DNA of 64,000 bases, from the NCBI RefSeq assembly GCF_006345805.1, contig NC_043013.1:14756001-14820000 (forward strand), in the 5' to 3' direction. The notes under the pieces are model-generated. The model was not told the DNA's origin, made no database searches, and saw nothing but the letters and a program-made list of their open reading frames with translations. This document shows positions 1-10,810 of this stretch, one piece after another (the stretch's first letter is position 1; every line of letters begins with the position of its first letter). Source of the stretch: Octopus sinensis. Lineage: Eukaryota. Made by a program: the position numbers and the translations under genes.

Positions 1-512
1 TATTGCCCAATGATTGAAGGGTACTTTTAAATGGGCCAGTTATGCAACGCTGGCATCAGCCACAGCTACAATCTTACTTGGCTTGCTGGGTCTTCTCATG
101 CACAGCAAAGGTTTCTGTTGCTTGTCATTTCCTCTTTGAGGCCCAACGTTTGAAGGCCATACTTCACCACTTCATCCCATGTCTTCCTGGGTCTACCTCT
201 TCCACAGGTTCCCTCCACTGTTAGAGTGTAACACTTCTTCACACAGCTGTCCTCATCCATACGCAACACATGACCATACCAGAGCAGTCGTCTCTCTTAC
301 ACACCACATCTGATGCTTCGTATGTCCAACTTCTCTCTCAGGGCGCTTACACTGTCATGTTTGCACACTGACATTACACATCCAGTGGAGCATGCTGACT
401 TAATTTCTTTCAAGCCTACGCATGTCCTCATCAGTAAACAGCCCATGTTTCACTGCCATGTAGCATGGCTGTTTGCATACATGCATCATACAGTCTAGCT
501 TTCACTCTGTTT
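1..512 (-). mobile_element. RTE-clade LINE 3' fragment (degenerate)
   Basis: Minus-strand translation gives ...LHGSETWA...LWYGHVLRMDEDSCVKKC...GRGRPRKTWDEVVK, typical of the RTE ORF C-terminus; contains stops and frameshifts. Confidence 0.85.
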
Positions 513-629
513 GGAAAGTTTGACTGGAGTTGACGAACCAGAGGATTGCACTTAATGATAAACGCTTTACAGACTGTGCTGAGTGCTTTTTGCATGACAC
601 CTGCATTAATCTGCTAATCAATGCCTTTA

Positions 630-1100
630 ATATAATAATAATAATAATAATCATCATCATAATCATAATCCTTTCTGTTATAGGCACAAGACCAGAAATT
701 TATGGGGAGGGGGTAAGTCAATTATATCAACCCCAGTGCATAACTGGTACTTATTTAATCAACCCCGAAAGGATGAAAGGCAAAGTTGACCTCAGCAGAA
801 TTTGAACTCATAACGTAGTAACAAATGAAATACTGCTAAGCATTTCACCCAGCATGCTAACAATTCTGCCAGCTCGCTGCCTTAATAATAATAATAATCC
901 TTTTGTACTATAGGTTCAAGGTCTAAAATTTTGGGGGAAGTGGCTAGTCGATTGCATCGACTCAAGTGCTGGACTGGTACCTATTTTATCAACCCCTGAA
1001 ACAATGAAAGACAAAGTCAACTTCAGTGGAATTTGAACTTAGAACAAAAGAACTGAAAAAAAATACCACTAAGCATTTTGTTTAATGCACTAATAATTTA
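630..1100 (-). mobile_element. Two tandem SINE family 1 copies, (ATT)n-tailed subfamily
   Basis: Body shared with 20879 but with a CCCTCCCC..AAATTTC.GG.CTTGTGCC...(ATT)n tail. Other copies at ~16080, 18000, 24628-25310, 32900-33730, 38180 and 59860. Confidence 0.8.
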
Positions 1101-3980
1101 CTGGTATGAACCCATACATTTTAACCCTTCAGTATTTAAACTGGCTGTATCTGGCTCAAATATTCTACTTGTTTTATGTTAAAGGCAATCAGTTCCACCT
1201 TTTCACACCTACCCTACAATGTTATTCTAAAAATAAGCAATTACTTCATTGAAATCTCAAAGCTAAAAGATAATGAATGATTTATTCAAAATAGTTCAAT
1301 TTAATAGGCATTACTTTCGACAGAATAATCTGAATGCTGAATGGTTAGGTTCAAGTCCATACATTTTTGGTCAGTTTGTGGTACTTTTATGAACCTCTAA
1401 ATTGATTAAAGGTCAAGCTGACCTTTAAGTCAGAATGTAAAGAAATATAACTAAAAACTGTTATTTTGACCAATGTTCTGCTAATTCTACTAATCCATCA
1501 TCCTTCTCTATAGAATACTAATTAATAACAATAATAACTGTATTTCACAAAATTTGAGGTAGTTGGAGAAGTAAAGGAAAATTTGTTAAACCAGAAAGAC
1601 AAAGATACAGAAGCAAAAATAATCTAGAACAGGCTTTGGAATTGTGTTTGAAGAATAATTACCAAGAAAGGAACTATTTAAAAAAAAAAAAAAGACAAAA
1701 TGAGGAGGACAGAGTGGGTGGTGATGGAGTGGATTTGGTTTTAAGAATCAGGAAGGAATAAAAAGACGAAAATTAAATATTTTAAAAAGTTTTTGAAAAA
1801 CACTTTCCAAATTTAAATTTTGTTTTGTGTGTGTGTGTGCATGTGTGTCTTAATTTTTTTTTCTTCTTCTTCCTGAACTGAAATTTGTAAAGAATTAAAT
1901 TGATTTACTGCAGTTGCATTTCTTTCTTTCTTTAAGTCCTGGAAATTTAGTAACAGCTGTTGACAGTTCTATTGACAACATGGCTATTGTCAACATCATG
2001 AGAATTTTTTTTTTTTTTTTTTGTTTAAATCAAGTCATTAGATTACCATTAGATTACAGAATCTTTCCTTTTAAACCAACCACAATCTTATTTTTATTTC
2101 ATTGCTATTGCCAAGATTGTTTCTCTGTGCTCACATGTTTGTTCATATATATATCATCATCATCATCATTTAACGTCCGCTTTCCATGCTAGCATGGGTT
2201 GGACGATTTGACTGAGGTCTGGCGAACCAGACTCTAATCTGATCTGGCAGAGTTTCTACAGCTGGATGCCCTTCCTAACGCCAACTACTCTGAGAGTGTA
2301 GTGGGTGCTTTTATGTGCCACCAGCATGAGGGCCAGTTTGGTGGTACTGGCAACAGCCACGCCCAAATGGTGCTTTTTATGTGCCACCTGCACAGGAGCC
2401 ACCCCAGCGGCACTCGAATGTTTCACATGCCACCAGTACTAGTGCTAGTAAGGCGAACCGGTAACAATCACGCGTGAATGGTGTGTTTAACGCGCCACGA
2501 TCTCACTCATATGGTACTCTTAGCGCTCCACTAGCAACGGATGCCAGTCACCAAGTTTGATTTCGACTTCAATTTCACTTGCCTCAACTGGTCTACACAA
2601 GCATATACGGCAACTGGAAATTTTTGGGTGTTATTTATTCACCATTACTCATGTTTCATTCACTGATAAGAATTACAAAGCTTTACATGTTAGATATAAA
2701 TGTTAGGAATTTCCTATTAGAAAATCTTCAGACAGAGAAATTGAATTATACAACTGAGACTACATATGGGATTGTAATAATGGAATAAGCAAATGTGCTT
2801 CAAGAGGAAACGGCTGGGATTTACCTACATGATATATAATATAGATAGATAGATAGATAGATATTTATCATCATCATCATTTAGATGTTCACTTTTCCAT
2901 GCTGGCATGGGTTGGACAGAATTTGTTGGGGCACATTATCTGTGGCTGGATGCCCTTCCTGTCGCCAACCTTGTTTCCAAGTAATATTTCTCTATTACCA
3001 GGTAGATCTTTCCAGAAGATTAGAAATGAAAGACACTGCTTGCATGCTGGTGACACTCATTTACAGCTATGACGTGATGTCTGGTGTTTAAAACCCGTTT
3101 TGCCAGTCATTTAAATAATGATGTAACATAGTTTGTAATGAAACATTCATTTCGCATGAACCGTTCACTCTAACTTGAAGTAATCACTACAGATTTATAT
3201 AATTACTCCATCTGATTGTTACCATAGTTTCAAATATTTGTTCAACTCTGAGAAATCCATTGCGTAGAGCTGTGATTTGCATTAAATGTCTGGAAGATTC
3301 AGTTCCATATGTTTAATATTCTACAGTTGAAATGTATCTGGCAAACATTCGGCAATGAATATATAATATTTTGTGATTTAAATATGTCTGGAATATTTAG
3401 TTATCACCGTTGTTGCTGTCATCATCATCATCATCATGGAAACCAGGCATTTAATGCTTTTATGTTGTCATGTGTTGCACTACTCAACAAGATCCAGCAA
3501 ATCAGAGGACTGCTTAGAACTCCAGTGTTGGCTTTAGCTTGGTTTCTACAGCTGGATGACCCTCCTAGCACCAACCACTTTACAAAGTGTACTTGGATGC
3601 TTTTTTTCATGGCACCAGCACTAGTGAGGTCACCATGTAACTCACAAGACTAGACTTCTCATTGAGTAGGCATGCAGTATTGAGAGAGGTGGCTTTGTGC
3701 CAAAAGTATAACAGAGGGACAGGAATAAATGTGTTGCTGTAGAGGAAATGCATGGCTGCCCCAGCAAGAGTGGGATGGTAAAGTTAAAGTACACACACAC
3801 ACATTTCATATCTAAGGTCCTGGTAGGGTACTTCAAGAGAAGCACTCAACCTGAGTTCAAGGCTATCAACACTTTTGGATTCCAGACTAATGCCAAAATT
3901 CTTCAGATGTAGAAAATTCTGATTTCACGATAGTAAAATCATTGTGTGGAGGTCATGAAGAATAAAATATTATATATATA

Positions 3981-5386
3981 CTAGCATTATGACTTGTCGT
4001 TGCCGGGTCATAGTGCTAGTGCATGTATATATGTGTATATATATGTGTACATATTACATGTACATATATATATATATACATCTACACATAAAATACAAAA
4101 TACAAAGTTATATCTTGATATCACTAGTGATAACAATACTCAAAATATATAACAGACTGGAATTGTAGGCCCGTCTCTTGCAATTTCGATCAATTGTATC
4201 TTGTCCTCCCTCTTGTATAGAAGTGTGGCTACAATCCAGCCTACCTCTACTTCTGGGGGGACATTTAAAATTTTTATCCAGGACGTCCTACGTCCCAGAT
4301 ATAAAGGTAAAAATAAAATATTTCCACTTTGCAAGGTTTGAGTTGAGTACTCCCTTGCACGCTCCATTGACTCGAACCTTGCTTCTATTGTGGCGAACTT
4401 ACCGCCTCTGGTTAGATATCTTTCATAGTCACACCAAGACACTTTTCGATGGTGCTTTCCTCCAGGTGTTCAAATCTTTTTTTTTCTCTACATTGTATAC
4501 ATTATAGACAATAGTCTTTTCTTTAATTTAATTTTTTATTTCATTTGGTGGTGTTATCCTAGATTCACTGTCTTTGTTGGTGATCAATCTGAAATAGGTT
4601 TGTATTTCTTCCATTTTAATTTTAATGAGTTCGTGCCTGCCGATGGCTGCAGCAAAATTCATTTTTGGACTTTCTTCTATCGAAGGCATTCTAACAAAAA
4701 TACTTCCGTATAACCGGTGAAAATATTGTCAATTTCAACAAACAGAGACACAATTCAATTTTTAAACAATAACCAAAGCTCCTTCTCCCAAAGGGGGAGG
4801 GTTACAGTTTACAATTATTTAACAAATGCAACACAACAACATTTCCCTTACAAGGAACCAACAAACATGATAACAATAGTTAAACAGTAATAATAATAAC
4901 AACAAACCTTACGGTGAATCGAAAAGCAGTACGCAGTTGATTTAATTTAATTTATTCCCATTCATGTGAAACCACTTATTCAAGTTCAAGTCACTGATGC
5001 AATTTTATACCAATTGCTATTTTTACTTTTGTTATGTTACAATTATATTATACTTTAGTTTGATTTTAATTATTACTTACTACATATAATTCAGTTGTTA
5101 TTATTATTTTTATTGTTAAAGTGAAAGTATCTGGCATAAAATAGAGAAATGTTTTTGTTTCACTTTTAACACGTAATACTGAAATAGTGGAGAAGATATG
5201 ATATTGCTATGGGCTTGCCCTAGGCAAGAAGTTGAACATTTTTTTTGCCGATGACACTCCCCGGACCCTAAGTAAGGCATGTGTAAAATTTGAATGAAAT
5301 TGGTTGTGTGGTTCTCAAGTTTTAGGGAAACACACTGACAGACAGACAGACAGACACACATTCTCAGTTTTATATATATATAGAGA
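3981..5386 (-). mobile_element. Helitron-type termini (5' TC at 5386; 3' hairpin plus CTAG at 3981), possibly one composite element
   Basis: Minus strand begins A|TCTCTATATA followed by (CTGT)n and ends with a GACCCGG hairpin then CTAG|T; termini resemble the complete copy at 30211-30581. Confidence 0.6.
4137..4700 (-). pseudogene. Fragment of a non-LTR retrotransposon ORF1 (gag-like/RRM, Tx1/L1-like), degenerate
   Basis: MPSIEESPKMNFAAAIG...ATIEARFES...IKILNVPPEVEVGWIVATLL resembles ORF1 N-terminal and RRM-linker motifs; ORF track 4140..4442. Confidence 0.5.
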
Positions 5387-5387
5387 T

Positions 5388-5644
5388 CACCGTGATCACT
5401 GTGACCACCAGGCTATCAGATGTTGCTACACACCGCTGGTCACTATGCACTTCGCATTGTTTTAGCCTTCAAATGATGCCACCCCGCTGGCTAAGTGAGC
5501 AGGCCAACAGAAGAAAGAGTGAGAGAAGGTTGTAGTGAAAGAGTACAGCAAGGATCACCACCACCCCCTGCTAGAGACTCGTGGAGCTTTAGGTGTTTTT
5601 GCTCAATAAACACAACTGCCCTAACCACTGGGCCATTGCGCCTC
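5388..5644 (-). mobile_element. tRNA-head SINE with internal deletion (family of 39750-40124)
   Basis: Head GGCGCAATGGCCCAGTGGTTAGGGCAG and the ...AAACACCTAAAGCTCCACGAG block are shared with other copies. Confidence 0.75.
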
Positions 5645-5690
<46 letters not shown>

Positions 5691-5838
5691 TACACACACT
5701 TCATGGGATAACAGACTACCATTGGTTTTATGATGGGAGAGATATCTCTTGACAAAACAATTATTCAAGTCTGCCACATGGGATGTTGGTGTCTGTCTGC
5801 ATCTTGGATGAAAACAATAATATCACTGTTCAACATTA

Positions 5839-5889
<51 letters not shown>

Positions 5890-7248
5890 TGGTGAGTTTT
5901 TGTGAGAAGACAGATTCCTCTTTAAAAGGGATTTCATCATCCCAGAGTCCTCCAGTTTAATGGGATATATCAATGGACTTTCTGGAGTCCTGCTTTTCCT
6001 TGGTAGTATTAGTGTTTATTAGTTATTAGGCACCAGTATTTTACATATTTTGGAGTTGAGTATTTTTTATAGATCTTTACTTCCCATCGATATATTTGGG
6101 TATAGTTATAGTAATATAAAGAAAATGGAGAGCTTGGACAGAGTCGTCATCATCATCATCATCATCATCATCGTTTAATGTCCGTTTTCCGCGCTAGCAC
6201 GGGTTGGACGGTTCGACCGGGGTCTGGGAAGCCAGGGGCTGCACCAGGCTCCAGTCTGATCTGGCAGAGTTTCTACAGCTGGATGCCCTTCCTAATGCCA
6301 ACCACTCCGCGAGTGTAGTGGGTGCTTTTTACGTGCCACCTGCACAGGTGCCAGGGGGGTCCGGCATCAGCCACGATCAGTTGGAGCTTTTAACGTGCCA
6401 CCGGCACGGAAGCCAGTCGGGGCGGCGCTGGCAACGGCCATGATCAATTTATTTACATTTTGTCGATTATATTATCCTTCAATTGTTTTCGTATCTATTT
6501 TCATTCAAATTGCATTTTGAAATAACGAAGGTAGATATATCTTCAGGGTTGTCAATTCTTGGTCACTTATGTATAAGTGACCAAGATCACAACATTCCCC
6601 ACTAAACAGACCCCAGTTTGTTGCAGGGTTTATTCATTTACAGCTAAGTGGATTTAAGCAATGTGAAGTGAAGTGTCTTGGTCAAGAACATAATGCACTG
6701 CCCAGTCTGGGAATTGAAACCACAATCTTGTAACCCACTAACCACTGTGTCACATTCTTCACTTTCCATATTCTCTAATATGTCCTGTTTCCTTTTTTAT
6801 TTTTAACCTTTTAACTTCAAAATTCCATTCCATGCTTATTCCAGTAATGATGGTAGTAAATATCTGCCAATATATGGAATTGGTATTTTCTGTAATAAAC
6901 TTGACATATCTCAACAAAAAAATGGTTTCCTTGATAAAAAACAGTTTTATACATAAAACTGTTTTCAACTGTTACGGGTAATTAAATTCTGAGTGGATAT
7001 ATCTAATTTCCACAGTAAAAGGTCAACCTTTTACCTTTTCAACCAGCCATATTCATCTTGAATGTTCTACATGTTCTACATTAAGATTAACTGAATCTGG
7101 CCTCTTACACTTATAACATCATTCTACAAATAAGCAACCACATCACTGAAATCTCAAAGCTACAAACAAGATAATGCATGATAGATTTAAACTAACGTGA
7201 ACAAACAAGCATTACATTTGACAGAGTATTCTGAATGCTTAGAGTTAA

Positions 7249-7469
7249 CCCTTTAGCATTTAAACCAGCCATATCCGGCCAAAAGTATTCTGCCTGTTTT
7301 ATGTTCAAACTGGCGAGATCTGGTCTCTCACACCAATCCTACAATATCGTTTTAAAAATTAACAGTTACCTCGTCAAAATCTCATAGCTACAAGATAATG
7401 CATGATTAGTTAAAAACAAAGTGGATGAAAAAGCATTAATTTTGGCAGAATAATGTGAACACTAAAGGG
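7249..7469. mobile_element. piggyBac-like MITE family B
   Basis: TTAA|CCCTTTAG...CTAAAGGG|TTAA, 221 bp. Older or partial copies at ~1123-1345, 7027-7244, 51975-52178 and 56990-57110. Confidence 0.8.
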
Positions 7470-8364
7470 TTAAAGTTGGTATGATTCTGAGGGAGACTAG
7501 GCTGCACTTTCTGGCAGGTCAGTCCAACAGACTGATGATGCAAGCACAGCCCAGTTGTGTGTAGTGTTACTATATTTGACCTTGTGACCTGACCTCCTAT
7601 GTCAGCAGCAATGTGGTATCCTACTCTACCAGTAGTCTTCAGGCCATTTCCTTCTGTGTACACACACACACACACACGGAAATAATTGCAACTATGAATT
7701 ATTTATTTGTTATTGAATTTATCCTTTTTTCCTGTTTTTGTTGCTAGGTTTGTTTTGCTGCTGTTTTTTTATATATATATTTTTGTTATTTTTTTAAATA
7801 ATTTTTTTTTTTTGCTGTTTTTCTTCTTCCTTCCATGATAAATCTGAAAAAGAAAAGAAATGACACAAAACACACACACACACACACATATTTGCATCAT
7901 TGTGCATGCACATGTACACACACACAAATGCATACAGCCCTGTCTGCTTCATAAAAACAAAAAAATAAATTAATAAATAAATAAATAAAGACACAAATTT
8001 CCATCTGTAGAATATTTATGTTTATTATTGTTCAAGAACTGAAAATACAAAAGAATTGGTTGGAAGGAAGAGGAGAGCAAAACAGCTAATAAAAACTATT
8101 AATAAATAAAAATAAATAGATGCAAACAAACAAAACCAAAGTTTGTTGTCATTGAGTGAAGAGAATTCCCTTGGAATATTGACTGCTGTGTTAGAATTAG
8201 TGCAGAGAGGAATATTGATTCTGGTTCTGTGGCTGAAGACAACTTGAGCAACTTTAATAACATTGTGGCTCTTTAAGAAGATGGCTGATGTGGAGAAGAG
8301 AGTGGGTGGGGGGTGGGCAGGAAAGAGGACGAGATTTGTGAGAGTTCCTCACTTAATAGCCTTG

Positions 8365-8760
8365 TAATAATTACATCATTACCATCATCATCATCAATCA
8401 TCACTCATCATCATCTACATCACCCATTGTCACCATCATCTACCTTCACTCATAGTCATCTATCATCACTCATCATCACTCATCATCCATCATTACCCAT
8501 CATTACTCATCATCCATTATCACTTATCATTACCAAAATCATCATCATCAATCATTACCCATCATCACTCATCATCCATCATCACCAAAATCATTGTCAT
8601 TATCCATCATCATCTATCATCATCCATTATCTATCATCACCATCACCACAACCCATTATTTTCATCATTACTCATTATTGCCTATCATCATCCTCTTCAT
8701 GTTCATCATCACCCGTTATCTTAATATTATCATCACCATTGTCATAATTCTTACATTCAC
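8365..8760. repeat. (CAT)n-derived low-complexity tract
   Basis: About 400 bp of degenerate CAT/CAC triplets; gives spurious His/Ser/Ile ORFs. Confidence 0.9.
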
Positions 8761-8769
8761 TTCTCCCTA

Positions 8770-9070
8770 TTTGAGTGGATTGCCTAGGCCCTTTCCAAAA
8801 ATATCTCACCATCTGTTGTGCCCTGCCACCTGTCCTTCCTTTGTGAGGTTCAACATCTTGAGATTAGTTTTAGCCATCTCTGCTTCATATCTTAGATCTT
8901 TTTGTTCCACAGTTTCCTTCATCACGCCTTTCCATTCACTTTGAGTGTACTGTATCGCCCTTCACTCATTTCATGCTTGTATCAGTGTGGTCATCTCCCT
9001 TACACATTTCATCTGATTCCTCTTGGACCCAGTTTTCCTCTCAGCCCATCTGTATCATGCTGCTTCAATG
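8770..9070 (-). mobile_element. Old RTE-like LINE 3' fragment
   Basis: Minus strand shows degenerate similarity (LR.KLG.RGIR...DL..LNLT.E) to the RTE end at 1-512. Confidence 0.5.
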
Positions 9071-9190
9071 CATTTAGCAAATATACATGCCTACATATAT
9101 GATCTGAAACCAATTTGCCAAGTGCCAATGCATAAAAATCTCATCTCTTGAATTCTATTTTCTTGTTTGTTTCACCAAACTTACTTACAT

Positions 9191-9273
<83 letters not shown>

Positions 9274-9643
9274 TTCAAATATACAAATGGCGGAGACAGC
9301 TGAGAAAACAACAAGCCAGATGTATTAGTTTGACACTTGGGGAAAAATTGGAAAAGTCTTTGACATTTCGAGCCTATGCTCTTGAGACCTAGTTTTAGTT
9401 TCTCTTCACTTCTTAAAGACAGGAGATATGATTGGAGGGGAAATTTAACTGCTATTTGCAGCAAGTCTGTTGACCTCTTAGAGGTTATCTCTTTGGCTTT
9501 GTCTTGTCCTTTTGACCTGCATATGTTAAACTAAACATCAACCACATTAATCTTACTAGTGTGAGAAAGCTTGGCTTTGGTTGTGGGTTCTGTTCTGAAA
9601 TTGTTCACTAATTAATTACCTCCGTCCTGCTTCCCTTAAATTA

Positions 9644-10212
9644 TTGGGTTGGTGCATAATTATTGTGGCTTTTTTTCAACAAATTTTATTCAATAAATGC
9701 AATAACATGTAACAAAAACATCTTTAAATGATTATTCCGGAGCATATTCACCATCTAGTTAGTTAGTAAGTTAATTTTTTGGCTCAAAAAGCAAAAAGCA
9801 AGGCCATGTAGGGGGACATGGAGTTATGTACAGGGTAGTGTTCATGTAAAGAGTTCAGTCCACTTGAGGCCAAGGGAGACTTTGAACCGAGCGGTCGTCG
9901 GCATCTTCACCATCTTGTCTGGCAGCTTATTCCACGGATCCGCAACCCGGACGGAGAAAGCCCCTCTCCTTCGATTGAGATGAAATCGTTGCAGATAGAG
10001 CTTTTCGGAATGACCCCGCAGCCGACGCTCTGGAGCAGGAGTGAAGAACAGCTCTTTCGAGAGGTTACACTTTCTGCTTATGATCTACTTCAATTACTGC
10101 TTCCCATTTGCTTGGTAGACGGTCAGGTCGTCATTTAAAGATGTTTTTGTTAAACATTGTTATTGTTTTTGTTGAATAAAATTTGTTGAAAAAAAGCCGC
10201 AATAATTATGCA
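9644..10212 (-). mobile_element. mariner deletion derivative interrupted by a CR1 fragment
   Basis: TA|TTGGGTTGGTGCATAATTATTG terminus; minus strand reads RLPSKWEAVIEVD / DGEYAPE* (mariner C-terminus) split by the insert; ~85-bp inverted ends. Confidence 0.75.
9758..10082 (-). mobile_element. CR1-clade LINE 3' end with (TAAC)n tail and ATCTA TSD
   Basis: Translation RLRGHSEKLY...FSVRVADPWNKLP; ATCTA at 9753-9757 and 10083-10087. Confidence 0.85.
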
Positions 10213-10326
10213 TAATAATAATAATAATAATAATAATTACTCTTCCTTCTCTCATTATTACAAACATAAACACAGGAATTAATCCAAAAACTAATAACAG
10301 TCTCCTGTTTCGCTTCTTTTCATCAG

Positions 10327-10540
10327 GTTCCAAGCTTCTCCTTGGTGGTGAAACCATTCAGATCTGGCAGTTATCATCCCCTGTGCCTGATGATGAATTC
10401 ACCTCAGGAGTCCAGTTCTCACTTGGAGATACAGTTGGTGTTGATGAAGAGAATTCACTGCACGTGCCAGGTGCTCCTCCTGTTTCCAAAGCTGCTTCAG
10501 AAGTTGAACAGCCGGAATGGATCTGTGTGTGGCAGTGCAA
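10327..10540 (+). CDS. DMXL2: DMXL exon (first in window): GSKLLLGGETIQIW...EWICVWQCK
   Basis: catcag|GT...GCAA|gtaagt; 214 nt, phase 1 to 2; resembles human RLLTATDSIQLW...WKCVWQCK. Confidence 0.92.
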
Positions 10541-10594
10541 GTAAGTCCGTTGTTCATTGTTTTCAACATGTAACAAGCAACTTGTTTATTGTTG

Positions 10595-10810
10595 TTGTTG
10601 TATTTAGGAATGGTCATTTTGCCAGTTTAGCCAATAAAAACACACGCACTATATATTTGGTGTTACTTTGCTTCAGTTTTATTTATTTTTTACATTAATC
10701 TTAATCTTAATGTAAAAAATAAATAAAGCTGAAGCAAAGTAGCACCAAATATATAGTGCATGTGTTTCTATTGGCTAAACTGGCAAAATGACCATTCCTA
10801 AATACAACAA
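10595..10810. repeat. Near-perfect inverted repeat, 104-bp arms, 8-nt loop
   Basis: Arms 10595-10698 and 10707-10810; 4 mismatches by manual alignment. Confidence 0.95.

Noticed and set aside
6204-6443. Recurring short ORFs containing LQLDALPNANH (also 11968, 28702, 29651, 59537)
   Set aside because: Antisense reading of the family-3 repeat, not a gene family.
8140-8290. Coding-looking unique stretch (EFPWNIDCCVR...) and a similar one at 1915-2000
   Set aside because: Bounded by stops, with no compatible splice sites or recognisable homology.
8313-8944. His/Ser/Ile-rich ORFs, and similar ORFs at 22753-23264, 57251-57740 and 12750-13118
   Set aside because: Translations of microsatellite or low-complexity DNA with no splice or homology support.
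1-10326. Search for the N-terminal DMXL exons (MNxHQVLTGA...QW...LAW)
   Set aside because: No convincing spliceable match by eye; they probably lie upstream of the window, although a short diverged exon could have been missed.
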